IMG/VR virus record: IMGVR_UViG_3300031688_000006
DNA from: an uncultured virus (IMG/VR IMGVR_UViG_3300031688_000006)
Lineage: Duplodnaviria > Heunggongvirae > Uroviricota > Caudoviricetes
Reading direction: 5' to 3' (one strand)
DNA: 20,000 nucleotides
Within the stretch, counting starts at the first letter, position 1; each line of letters opens with the position of its first letter. Positions 1-8,104 of the stretch are shown in pieces. A program made the translations under genes and the position numbers. The notes beneath the pieces were generated by a model. It saw only the letters and a list, made by a program, of their open reading frames with translations. It was not told where the DNA came from and ran no database searches.

Positions 1-2
1 TA

Positions 3-1616
3 AAAGAACTTGGTGCTAAGGGTGGCAAGTTCGAAGGCACTTACGATGAGTTAGATGGTGCTAGAGAGTCAATCACCGAACACTTTGCACACAACAACGA
101 AGACGACTTTGTTGACGAAACTGCAACCATAAAAACTAATGTCGACTTGAGAACTAGATTCAAAGAAGCTGACATAGACTCTATGCTTTACTCTCACAAA
201 CAAGTTGCCGCTGATTGGCAAGAATGGTTAGTCGCTGGTGACTTCGACAAAAAGATGGCCGAAGATGCTTACTACACTGAAGACCACAAAACTGAGGCTC
301 TTGAAGAGAGAAGTAACACTATTCTTCTTGGCAAACATTACAGAAAACATCTTCAAAACAAAAACAAAAAGATTGTTGCCCACATGGCAAAAGAGTTCGA
401 GTTAAGACAAAATGCACATAGAAGTGCCAAGGCATATACAGGCACTAGTGGTGACCTTGATATGAATAGACTTGCTAAGTATCAGATTGTAGATGACATT
501 TTCAAAAGAGTCACATACATTCCAGACGGCAAGAATCATGGTGTCAATGTTTTACTTGACTGGTCTGGTTCTATTCACAATGAATGTGCCGACATGTTAG
601 AACAATCAATTATACTTTCAGAGTTCTGTAGAAAAGTAAACATTCCTTACAGAGTGTATCTCTTCTCAGATTCTATCGCAAGACAAGACAGATATGACTA
701 TGCAAGTGGCAAGGCAAAACTAGTTGAGATTATGACCAACGAAATGTCTAACAGAAAATACTCAGAGATTCTAGATTACTTATGTTGCATCCTAGTTGGC
801 AGAATGCATGATGACCTTCAGTCAGTATGGGGTACTTCACCAAAGGCTGTGAAACTTGCTGATGAGTACAATGCAATATTCAGTTCAATTCAACAATGGG
901 ATACTGATATTTCATACTGGAGAGATACAAGATTCTCAAGACATTGTTGTCCTGAGAACTACAGATTAGGTGGCACGCCTCTTGACGAGTGTTTAGTTGC
1001 TATGAGAAAATTCTTACCAGAGTTTAACAGACAGTATGGTATTGAGAAATCAATTCTAACAATTATCACCGATGGGTTCAGTTTCAGAAGTGACTTCTTT
1101 GAAGAGTCAACTGAAGAACAAAGAGATTATAAGGCTCAGGCAGGCGATGACTACTACTGGTCTTCTAACAGAACAAGAAGTTTCATCGACCCATACATCA
1201 ACAAGAACTTCCTTTACACAACTAGTAACGGTTATGGCAGAAACGACTTCGAGAAGACTCAGAACATATTAGAGTGGATATCAGAGACTTGCAATGTCAC
1301 CGTGACAGGATACTTTGTCTTCACCAAGAAGAGAGACTTCCAGTCAATGGGTGAATACATCATGCCTAACTTTTGGGAACATGTTGACGGGTTGTGGAAA
1401 GATATGAGAAAATCAGGTGTAGTTGTTGACACCAAGGGTTACAACAAATTGTTCTTGACCACTGCATCTAATCTTGCCACGACAGGCGATGACGAACTTG
1501 ACGAAGAGTTCATTGGTGCAAACAAAAACAGAATCACTGCCGCTTTCAAAAGAAATCAGAGAGGCAAATCAACATCAAGATTTCTAACTAACGAATTTAT
1601 AAAGGAGATTGCATAA
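3..1616 (+). CDS. VWA (MIDAS) domain protein, CobT-like partner of the AAA+ ATPase; 5' end lies outside the window
   Basis: The frame is open from base 3 (KELGAKGGKFEG...), so the TTG at 147 is not the true start. MIDAS elements DWSGS, GGTPL and ITDG are present, and a MoxR/CobS-type ATPase lies just downstream. Confidence 0.8.
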   Translation, partial: KELGAKGGKFEGTYDELDGARESITEHFAHNNEDDFVDETATIKTNVDLRTRFKEADIDSMLYSHKQVAADWQEWLVAGDFDKKMAEDAYYTEDHKTEALEERSNTILLGKHYRKHLQNKNKKIVAHMAKEFELRQNAHRSAKAYTGTSGDLDMNRLAKYQIVDDIFKRVTYIPDGKNHGVNVLLDWSGSIHNECADMLEQSIILSEFCRKVNIPYRVYLFSDSIARQDRYDYASGKAKLVEIMTNEMSNRKYSEILDYLCCILVGRMHDDLQSVWGTSPKAVKLADEYNAIFSSIQQWDTDISYWRDTRFSRHCCPENYRLGGTPLDECLVAMRKFLPEFNRQYGIEKSILTIITDGFSFRSDFFEESTEEQRDYKAQAGDDYYWSSNRTRSFIDPYINKNFLYTTSNGYGRNDFEKTQNILEWISETCNVTVTGYFVFTKKRDFQSMGEYIMPNFWEHVDGLWKDMRKSGVVVDTKGYNKLFLTTASNLATTGDDELDEEFIGANKNRITAAFKRNQRGKSTSRFLTNEFIKEIA

Positions 1617-1849
1617 TGCAAATGATAGGTACAATAAACATAGACAAATTTCAAGAAGCTATACAACAGGTCGGTAAAGGACCGTGTGTAAAATTTGATT
1701 GCCCAAGACAACAAGCTTGTGGCGAAGAAGAGGTTGAATGCAAGGCATTTAGATTTTGGGTCAATAACGATTCATACACTACAATGAGAAAAGGTCTGAA
1801 GACTTCTATTGCAATTGACATGGAAAGATTACTAAAAGAAATTGAATAG
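1616..1849 (+). CDS. Small Cys-rich hypothetical protein (C-x4-C-x5-C-x6-C), possible metal binder
   Basis: TAATG stop/start overlap with the upstream gene and an AAGGAG Shine-Dalgarno (SD). Confidence 0.7.
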   Translation: MQMIGTINIDKFQEAIQQVGKGPCVKFDCPRQQACGEEEVECKAFRFWVNNDSYTTMRKGLKTSIAIDMERLLKEIE

Positions 1850-1851
1850 GG

Positions 1852-1881
1852 TTGACAATGACCCTCGCTTTTTGATAGGAT
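1852..1881 (+). promoter_or_regulatory. Sigma70-type promoter with extended -10
   Basis: TTGACA-18 nt-TAGGAT with TG at the extended -10 position, upstream of the GGAG SD and ATG 1921. Confidence 0.65.
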
Positions 1882-1920
1882 GGAAACTGATGAGAAAAAC
1901 TACTTTAACGGAGACAAATT

Positions 1921-3135
1921 ATGAGTAAGTGGACATACGACCCAACAGAGTCGATTAATATAGGGAATGCAAATTTCCACCTGACACCTGACAGGAAAGA
2001 ATTTATTCAGGCATTAAAGGAAAAATATCCGAATCAATTGCAATTCACGAAAGAGCAATTCAATTCGCTAGGACATTTTCCATATTGGCTGAAGTCAAAC
2101 AGGTATAACTTTAAAGATGGTTCAGTCTTTAATCTTCAACCTATTCTTGCTGTCGATAATAACGGCACGACTATTGCAGTTTCTAATAAACCAGAACCTC
2201 TTGCAGTTCCTCAGATTAAGAGGGTTCAGCAGATGCCTGTTGCCGCTCAATCTGAGAGTGTGAATATCATGAGTGATGTCAAAATCATTCCTGAGAAAAT
2301 GTCAAACTATGTACCTTTTGGTCATGCTAAAGATGTTAAGAACATTCTTAAATCTAAGATATTCTTTCCATTCTTTGTGACAGGTCTTTCAGGTAATGGT
2401 AAAACATTAATGATTGAACAAACTTGTGCTCAGTTGAAGAGAGAACTCTTCAGAGTCAATATCACTATTGAGACAGACGAAGACGACCTAATGGGTGGTC
2501 ACACTTTACAGAATGGTAACATCATCTTCAGAGAAGGTCCAGTTATCAAGGCAATGAGAAAAGGCGCTGTCCTTCTTCTTGACGAAGTAGACTTAGGGTC
2601 TAACAAAATGATGTGCTTACAATCAGTTCTTGAAGGTAAAGGTTACCTAATCAAGAAGACTGGTGAGTGGGTTACACCGACTCCTGGTTTCACTGTTGTC
2701 GCAACTGCCAACACTAAGGGCCAAGGGTCTGAGGATGGCAAGTTCATTGGTACTCAAATCATGAATGAGGCGATGCTCGAAAGATTCGCTATCACCATGC
2801 AACAAGAATACCCACCTGTGACTGTTGAGAGAAACATTCTGAAACAAGAAATGGCTTTGACTGGAGATGCTGACGATGACTTCGTTAAGAAACTAGTTGA
2901 TTGGGCTGACATAATCAGAAAGACTTATTACGAAGGCGCCATTGATGATGTGATTACAACCAGAAGGTTAGTTCACATCGTTAGTGCTTACAAGATGTTT
3001 GGTGACAAACTCAAGGCAATTACAATGTGCATATCTAGATTCGATGAAGAAACTAGAAACGCTGTTCTCGACCTTTACACTAAAGTCGATGATGGTGTGC
3101 ATTTAGAAAACCCTGTTGACGAAACAGACTCTTAA
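1921..3135 (+). CDS. cobS: CobS-like / MoxR-family AAA+ ATPase of T4-like phages
   Basis: Walker A GLSGNGKT, Walker B LLLDE, TAN sensor and NEAMLERF arginine-finger region. Confidence 0.88.
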   Translation: MSKWTYDPTESINIGNANFHLTPDRKEFIQALKEKYPNQLQFTKEQFNSLGHFPYWLKSNRYNFKDGSVFNLQPILAVDNNGTTIAVSNKPEPLAVPQIKRVQQMPVAAQSESVNIMSDVKIIPEKMSNYVPFGHAKDVKNILKSKIFFPFFVTGLSGNGKTLMIEQTCAQLKRELFRVNITIETDEDDLMGGHTLQNGNIIFREGPVIKAMRKGAVLLLDEVDLGSNKMMCLQSVLEGKGYLIKKTGEWVTPTPGFTVVATANTKGQGSEDGKFIGTQIMNEAMLERFAITMQQEYPPVTVERNILKQEMALTGDADDDFVKKLVDWADIIRKTYYEGAIDDVITTRRLVHIVSAYKMFGDKLKAITMCISRFDEETRNAVLDLYTKVDDGVHLENPVDETDS

Positions 3136-3144
3136 GAGTATAAT
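3116..3144 (+). promoter_or_regulatory. Sigma70-type promoter
   Basis: TTGACG-17 nt-TATAAT, preceded by AAAACCCTG. Confidence 0.8.
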
Positions 3145-3151
3145 GATTAAT

Positions 3152-3460
3152 ATGGGTTTATTTACTAAGTCAAAAATCAAAGTCCAACGAGGCATTGACT
3201 ACAAATACAATGAGGGAGAACTTCTAAAAGAGTTCTCTCAATATGTAGATTCAACTTATGACCAACACTACAGTCTGAACAAGTATCAGGCAACTGAATT
3301 CATTATGGATGCAGGACACGGTGAAGGTTTTTGTATTGGGAATATTTTAAAGTATGCCCAACGATATGGCAAAAAGGGTGGGAAAAATCGTGCCGACCTT
3401 TTGAAAGTAATTCATTATGGATTCCTTGCTTTAAATAATCACGATAAAAATGGAGACTAA
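3152..3460 (+). CDS. Conserved phage protein, DUF3310-like
   Basis: HY...GFCIGNILKYAQRYGKK...DLLKVIHY motif. Start moved to ATG 3152 because the ORF-track TTG at 3116 is the -35 box. Confidence 0.72.
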   Translation: MGLFTKSKIKVQRGIDYKYNEGELLKEFSQYVDSTYDQHYSLNKYQATEFIMDAGHGEGFCIGNILKYAQRYGKKGGKNRADLLKVIHYGFLALNNHDKNGD

Positions 3461-3463
3461 GAA

Positions 3464-4129
3464 ATGAAAATTTCAAGTGAAACAAAGGCGATATTAAAAA
3501 ACTTCGCTACAATTAATTCGGGTATCAAAGTAGATTCAGGCAATCAACTTAAGACGATATCTAACATGAAGAATATTCTGGCTATCGCTACGATACCAGA
3601 AACATTCGACAAGTCATTTAGTATCTACAATCTTGTAGAATTTCTAGGTGCAACTAGTCTATTAGAGAATCCAGAATTCAATTTCAATGATGCGTCATTG
3701 AGTATTGCTGATGCTGATACATCTCTAACTTACTTCTATGCCTCAGAGGGTATGGTCACTTCACCAGAGAAGATGATTACTATGCCACAGGCAGAGATTA
3801 ATATAGAGTTATCTTCTACACTTCTAACTGAATTGCAAAAGGCAGCTTCAGTATTGGGTGTTAATGATTTGATACTTACATCTGATGGGACTAAAATTCA
3901 GATGCAAGTAACTGATAAGAAGAATACAACTTCAAACACATTCAGTAGAGTTGTGGGCGAAGGCAATGGTGACACATTCACCATGAACTTCAAGATTGAG
4001 AACTTGAAAGTTTTAGATGGCAACTACTCAGTCGCAGTATCCTCAAAAGGCATATCTCATTTCAATAATAAAGATTTGGCTTTAGAATACTTTATTGCTT
4101 TAGAACCAGATAGTTCTTACAGCGCTTAG
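3464..4129 (+). CDS. gp45: DNA polymerase sliding clamp (T4 gp45)
   Basis: N-terminus MKISSETKAILKNFATINSGI and C-terminus YFIALE; 221 aa; synteny with gp44, gp62 and regA. Confidence 0.95.
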   Translation: MKISSETKAILKNFATINSGIKVDSGNQLKTISNMKNILAIATIPETFDKSFSIYNLVEFLGATSLLENPEFNFNDASLSIADADTSLTYFYASEGMVTSPEKMITMPQAEINIELSSTLLTELQKAASVLGVNDLILTSDGTKIQMQVTDKKNTTSNTFSRVVGEGNGDTFTMNFKIENLKVLDGNYSVAVSSKGISHFNNKDLALEYFIALEPDSSYSA

Positions 4130-4130
4130 G

Positions 4131-4138
4131 CATAAATA
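4131..4138 (+). promoter_or_regulatory. Possible T4 late-type promoter variant (CATAAATA)
   Basis: 7/8 match to TATAAATA, intergenic and directly after the gp45 stop. Confidence 0.4.
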
Positions 4139-4245
4139 CTTATGTGTGAAACAGCGCCAGTCTCCGCTACTTTCATGGGAGTATTAGAATCTCATCATCA
4201 ATGGTCTAATACACGAACACTCGGAGGGGTTTGTTCTTCTTAATT

Positions 4246-5190
4246 ATGAATACAAAAGAATTTTTATATGTAGAAAAGTATCGTCCAACTATCATTGCCG
4301 ATACTATACTACCCAAAGGCGTTAAGAAAACATTCCGAGAGTTTGTTTCTAATAACGAGATACCAAATCTGATGCTTTGTGGTTCACAAGGTACAGGCAA
4401 AACAACAGTCGCTAAGGCACTCTGTAACGAGTTAGGAGCTGATTTCATTGTCATCAATGGCAGTGACGAAGGCCGACTTATCGACACTTTGCGAACAAAG
4501 ATTAAAAACTTCGCTTCTACTGTATCTCTTCAAGGTGGCCCGAAAGTGGTCATACTTGATGAAGCAGATTACATATCTGCTGACTCAGTACAACCTGCAT
4601 TGAGAAACTTCATAGAAGAGTTCTCAAGTAACTGTAGGTTTATCTTTACATGTAACTACAAGAATCGAATCATTGCACCTCTACATAGTAGATGTACTGT
4701 AATTGATTTCACAATACCCAAGAACGAAAAACAAGCACTCGCAATGGGTGGCCTTGATAGACTAAAATCTATATGTGACAATGAGGGTATTCAGTATGAT
4801 GAAAAGGTATTAGTAGAACTTATACTAAAGTTCTTTCCAGATTTCAGACGATGTATCAACGAAGTTCAACGATATGGTGCAAGTGGTGTAATAGATAGTG
4901 GGCTACTAGCGACATTATCAGAAGAAAAACTCACACCATTGATTGATATGATTGCAGGTAAAAACTGGGGCGCCATGAGAAAATGGGTTGCTCAGAATTC
5001 TGATAATGATTTCAATGGCTTATATCGTAAGGTATTTGATGCACTCGAACAAAGATTAGAACCAAGTTCTATACCTGCAGCTGTTTTGTTCATCGCTGAT
5101 TATCAGTACAAGGCTGCATTCGCTATGGATTCAGAAATTAACTTCACTGCATGTCTCACCGAGATTATGTCAGAGTGCAAGTTTAAGTGA
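4246..5190 (+). CDS. gp44: Clamp loader large subunit (T4 gp44, RFC-like AAA+)
   Basis: VEKYRP, Walker A GSQGTGKTT, Walker B ILDEAD and LHSRC (SRC motif). ATG 4246 chosen as start. Confidence 0.95.
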   Translation: MNTKEFLYVEKYRPTIIADTILPKGVKKTFREFVSNNEIPNLMLCGSQGTGKTTVAKALCNELGADFIVINGSDEGRLIDTLRTKIKNFASTVSLQGGPKVVILDEADYISADSVQPALRNFIEEFSSNCRFIFTCNYKNRIIAPLHSRCTVIDFTIPKNEKQALAMGGLDRLKSICDNEGIQYDEKVLVELILKFFPDFRRCINEVQRYGASGVIDSGLLATLSEEKLTPLIDMIAGKNWGAMRKWVAQNSDNDFNGLYRKVFDALEQRLEPSSIPAAVLFIADYQYKAAFAMDSEINFTACLTEIMSECKFK

Positions 5191-5288
5191 TTGAATTATT
5201 AGTATGGAGTTTAATAGTAATTACATGGGCAACATATGGTATGCATGTAATAAAAGAGTATGTGAGAAATCACATTGATGGAGAATGA
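5187..5288 (+). CDS. Small membrane peptide, 33 aa (MIELLVWSLIVITWATYGMHVIKEYVRNHIDGE)
   Basis: GTGA overlap with the gp44 stop; fills the gap exactly; one hydrophobic helix. Not in the ORF track. Confidence 0.55.
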   Translation: MIELLVWSLIVITWATYGMHVIKEYVRNHIDGE

Positions 5289-5289
5289 A

Positions 5290-5703
5290 ATGAAAGTAGA
5301 ACCAATAATGAAAAAACCAAGTCTATTAAGAAGACTTGCATTTGCACTTGTCAACGGTTGGCGAAGAGTTATGGATGTGAAATATAATCCATTAAAATAT
5401 ATACCTGACCCAAGTTTACAAACTTACTTTATGTTAGTTTTGTTTACTGTATGGAGTGTGTTCTTCGGGTTTCTGGCTGCAAACTACTTAGGGTTCTTTA
5501 ACTACAATACTCTAATCAGTATCATCATACATATTGCAATACTATTACCGTTAGCATTTACCAATGCAATCTTTGTAGATGCAGAGAGAGATGGACACAA
5601 ATGGTTAAAAGAATGGACAGAAGAAAGAAACAGATACCGTATTGTTGCTAACAGACTCAAAACTAAAAACTTAGTTATGTGGAATCCAAACGAAGAAGCA
5701 TAA
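5290..5703 (+). CDS. Hypothetical membrane protein with two predicted TM helices
   Basis: GGAG SD at 5280-5283; two hydrophobic segments follow YNPLKYIPDP. Confidence 0.75.
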   Translation: MKVEPIMKKPSLLRRLAFALVNGWRRVMDVKYNPLKYIPDPSLQTYFMLVLFTVWSVFFGFLAANYLGFFNYNTLISIIIHIAILLPLAFTNAIFVDAERDGHKWLKEWTEERNRYRIVANRLKTKNLVMWNPNEEA

Positions 5704-5822
5704 TGGGTAAATTAAGACAGTGGTTCATGAGATGGTTTGACAATCAACTTGAAAAGTCCTTTCAAAGAACTGCGGATAGAATAAACAAAGAAACCCAAGA
5801 AGCAAACAATGACACAATATAA
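5703..5822 (+). CDS. Small hypothetical protein, 39 aa (MGKLRQWFMRWFDNQLEKSFQR...)
   Basis: TAATG coupling to the upstream stop; fills the gap. Not in the ORF track. Confidence 0.55.
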   Translation: MGKLRQWFMRWFDNQLEKSFQRTADRINKETQEANNDTI

Positions 5823-6075
5823 CGAAACAGTAGATAGACAGAGGAGATTAATCCTAGCACACGAATGGGCAAATGGCGTTAAGTCGCTTCATGCACATTC
5901 ATTAACATCTTGTTGGTATGATACTAGGGGTAACGATGGTTCGGTACTCGATATAGAATTCAATAATGGTGTTGTCAAGAGAGAAGTTAGAGAGACAGGC
6001 GAAATTGTTTTCTTTGGCGAACCTCTCAATGATGAAGAACTCCTTAAAACTTTCGGAGCTCATACAGGAAAGTAA
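5809..6075 (+). CDS. Hypothetical protein, 88 aa
   Basis: Its stop abuts the gp62 ATG, and composition is typical of the region. Confidence 0.7.
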   Translation: MTQYNETVDRQRRLILAHEWANGVKSLHAHSLTSCWYDTRGNDGSVLDIEFNNGVVKREVRETGEIVFFGEPLNDEELLKTFGAHTGK

Positions 6076-6468
6076 ATGTCCAAACGAAATCCTTTCGACT
6101 TCGTTAAGTCGGTCTCTTACGACAAAAAAGATATCATGGTTGATGATATCGAAGAGAAAGCATATCAACCATTCCTAATCAATAAGGCATTATCTTATCA
6201 CCAAGATGCAGTCTTTCTAGTAAACGAGATGAATACCAGACATAGCACTGGCCACCGTCTTCAATACTGTTTTTTCATAAATACTCTTAGAAAACGACAA
6301 AGATTTTCTAAATGGCACAAACCTTTCGAAAGTAAGAAAGTGGAAACTGTAAAGAGCGCCTTCGGTGTCTCTTCACAAAGGGCCAAAGAATATCTTGAGT
6401 TATTAAGTGATAAACAGTATCGTGACTTGAAAGACAGTATGAAAATTGGTGGAAAGAATAATGGATGA
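6076..6468 (+). CDS. gp62: Clamp loader small subunit (T4 gp62)
   Basis: YQPFLINKALS...NEMN...LRKRQRFSKW motif; lies directly before regA. Confidence 0.9.
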   Translation: MSKRNPFDFVKSVSYDKKDIMVDDIEEKAYQPFLINKALSYHQDAVFLVNEMNTRHSTGHRLQYCFFINTLRKRQRFSKWHKPFESKKVETVKSAFGVSSQRAKEYLELLSDKQYRDLKDSMKIGGKNNG

Positions 6469-6871
6469 CTTATTAGAATCAGTAAAAGACTTAGTAGAAA
6501 TAACATTTCCTGAAAAGGATGACTTCTTAAAGATAAGAGAAACTCTATCTAGAATAGGTGTAGCGTCTCGAAAAGAAAAGGAACTCTTTCAGTCATGTCA
6601 TATACTACACAAAAGGGGCAAGTACTACATTGTCCACTTCAAAGAGTTATTCAAACTCGATGGCAAACAAACAAACTTTGACGAATCAGATGTCGCTAGA
6701 CGAAACACTATTGTCGATTTATTAAGACAATGGAACCTTGTCAAGGTACTTGACTCAAAGAAAATAGAAGAGCCTAGAGCGCCACTCTCTCAGATTAAGG
6801 TTATACCTTATAAAGAAAAGAGTCAGTGGAAACTCACACAAAAATACTCAATAGGCACTAACATAAACTAA
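6461..6871 (+). CDS. regA: Translational repressor RegA
   Basis: DDFLKIRETLSRIGVAS...LFQSCHILHKRGKYYIVHFKELFKLDG is the RegA signature. Confidence 0.96.
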   Translation: MDDLLESVKDLVEITFPEKDDFLKIRETLSRIGVASRKEKELFQSCHILHKRGKYYIVHFKELFKLDGKQTNFDESDVARRNTIVDLLRQWNLVKVLDSKKIEEPRAPLSQIKVIPYKEKSQWKLTQKYSIGTNIN

Positions 6872-6910
6872 ATATCCTTGTTATAAATCAATTAATAACA
6901 GGAGTATTAT

Positions 6911-7084
6911 ATGTTGGAATTTCTTCAATGGATAATTGCTTGGGTACAAGTGTTACCTTGGTTAGTAATGGGTGCATCTCTAGTTGCAGCTCTTACACCT
7001 ACACCAGTTGATGATGGCATAGTCAAGAAAGCTTATAAACTGCTTGATTGGGTCGCATTAAATGTTGGAAAAGCAAAGGACTAA
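6911..7084 (+). CDS. Small membrane protein, 57 aa (…ASLVAALTPTPVDD…LDWVALNVGKAKD), possibly holin-like
   Basis: Strong AGGAG SD at 6900-6904 and a hydrophobic N-terminal half. A late-type ACTAAATA lies at 6867-6874. Not in the ORF track. Confidence 0.75.
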   Translation: MLEFLQWIIAWVQVLPWLVMGASLVAALTPTPVDDGIVKKAYKLLDWVALNVGKAKD

Positions 7085-7104
7085 AAAGTTCTATAAAAAC
7101 CCCC

Positions 7105-7133
7105 TTTACAAATCAATGGAACTTCGATATACT
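7105..7133 (+). promoter_or_regulatory. Sigma70-type promoter
   Basis: TTTACA-17 nt-TATACT, preceded by AAAAACCCCC. Confidence 0.7.
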
Positions 7134-7163
7134 GGAGATTCATAATTTCAATAGGAGTATATT

Positions 7164-7454
7164 ATGGAATACGCAATTGCAATTGTAGTGTTATTTGTTA
7201 TTGTTTACGCTTATCTCAATAGAGATGAAAGTGGTACTACAACTTCATCGGCTCCTGCTCCGGTTTCAAAACCAAGAGTAGTAAAGTCTGGTGTTGTTGT
7301 AGATAAAAACAATAATGGTGTTACATCTAAGGCTGAACTTAAGACATTAACTAAAGTCCAGTTACTAGAACTTGCTGATAAACAATCACTGAAGGTAAAA
7401 CGAAGTGGTTCTAAGGCAGCTGTAATCAACGAGATACACTCGCAGTTAAAGTAA
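7164..7454 (+). CDS. Membrane-anchored small protein with an EF-hand-like loop and a C-terminal Rho_N/HeH-like helix pair
   Basis: AGGAG SD, N-terminal TM helix, Ser/Thr/Pro linker, DKNNNGVTSKAE, then LTKVQLLELADK...SKAAVINEI. Confidence 0.7.
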   Translation: MEYAIAIVVLFVIVYAYLNRDESGTTTSSAPAPVSKPRVVKSGVVVDKNNNGVTSKAELKTLTKVQLLELADKQSLKVKRSGSKAAVINEIHSQLK

Positions 7455-7472
7455 GTCCTCACAAGGACACTG

Positions 7473-7501
7473 AAAGGGACTCATCTGAGTCCCTTTTTTT
7501 T
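7473..7501 (+). terminator. Rho-independent terminator
   Basis: AAAGGGACTCA-TC-TGAGTCCCTTT inverted repeat running into a T8 tract. Confidence 0.9.
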
Positions 7502-7525
7502 AGCCTCTAGATAACAGTCAATTTG

Positions 7526-7533
7526 TATAAATA
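7526..7533 (+). promoter_or_regulatory. T4 late promoter (gp55-type) at the head of the curli/cyclase operon
   Basis: Exact TATAAATA directly after a terminator, 5 nt before ATG 7539. Confidence 0.8.
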
Positions 7534-7538
7534 AGAGT

Positions 7539-7835
7539 ATGGAAGAGATTTTTAATCTAATAGGTGAAGTGGGTGCCCCAATTGCAGGAAGTATTCTGAT
7601 GGGTTTCTTCATCTTTATAGTCATCAAACAGATACTAGAAGGTGTAGTAGACTCAATATCGACTTTAACAATGTTTTGTAAGTCGTTAGAGAATAGGGCA
7701 AGAACCATGTCAAACGAAATGATTAAGATAGACCTGTTAGTTTCATCAGCGTTGGAATTAAGACCAGACATAGAACGAATCGCTAGAGCAGAGAACTTCA
7801 TAGAAGACGAAAAACTAGATGTAAGGAGAGATTGA
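7539..7835 (+). CDS. Small single-TM / coiled-coil membrane protein A of the curli-like cluster
   Basis: IGEVGAPI followed by a TM helix and an amphipathic helical tail; similar to the next ORF. Confidence 0.8.
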   Translation: MEEIFNLIGEVGAPIAGSILMGFFIFIVIKQILEGVVDSISTLTMFCKSLENRARTMSNEMIKIDLLVSSALELRPDIERIARAENFIEDEKLDVRRD

Positions 7836-8104
7836 TGGATATCGCTCAAGTTATATCTGATTACGGATTCCCAATAGTCATGTCAGTAGGACTTGGCTAT
7901 TTCATATATTATATTTGGTGGTTTGTAGGTGAAAAACTAGAACCCGAAATTGAAAAGATGCATTTTCAATTGATTAAAGTAATAGACCAGACAAGAATGT
8001 TAGACCAAGATTTGATAAGATTACAACAGAAAGTTGATGTAGTTTTAGAAATGAAGGAGAATATGAAAGTACAAAGGTTACAAGAAGAGGCGAAACGAAA
8101 ATGA
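7835..8104 (+). CDS. Small single-TM / coiled-coil membrane protein B, paralogue of A
   Basis: AGGAG SD and TGATG coupling; ISDYGFPI followed by a TM helix and a helical tail. Confidence 0.8.
   Translation: MDIAQVISDYGFPIVMSVGLGYFIYYIWWFVGEKLEPEIEKMHFQLIKVIDQTRMLDQDLIRLQQKVDVVLEMKENMKVQRLQEEAKRK

Noticed and set aside
1072..1272. Alternative-frame + strand ORFs at 1072-1272 and 5966-6178
   Set aside because: They are short, nested in or straddling better genes, and have no SD or protein features.
1921..3135. cobS/cobT as cobalamin-synthesis auxiliary genes
   Set aside because: No cobN or other cob genes are present; the sequence supports only a generic MoxR AAA+/VWA pair.
4142..4243. 33-codon ORF between gp45 and gp44
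   Set aside because: It has no SD and an atypical composition, and the hairpins explain the sequence better. It is not fully excluded as a leaderless uORF.
5260..5275. CRP site (ATGTGA-GAAA-TCACAT)
   Set aside because: The spacer is 4 nt rather than 6 and it lies in a probable ORF; it is better read as a small GAAA-loop hairpin.
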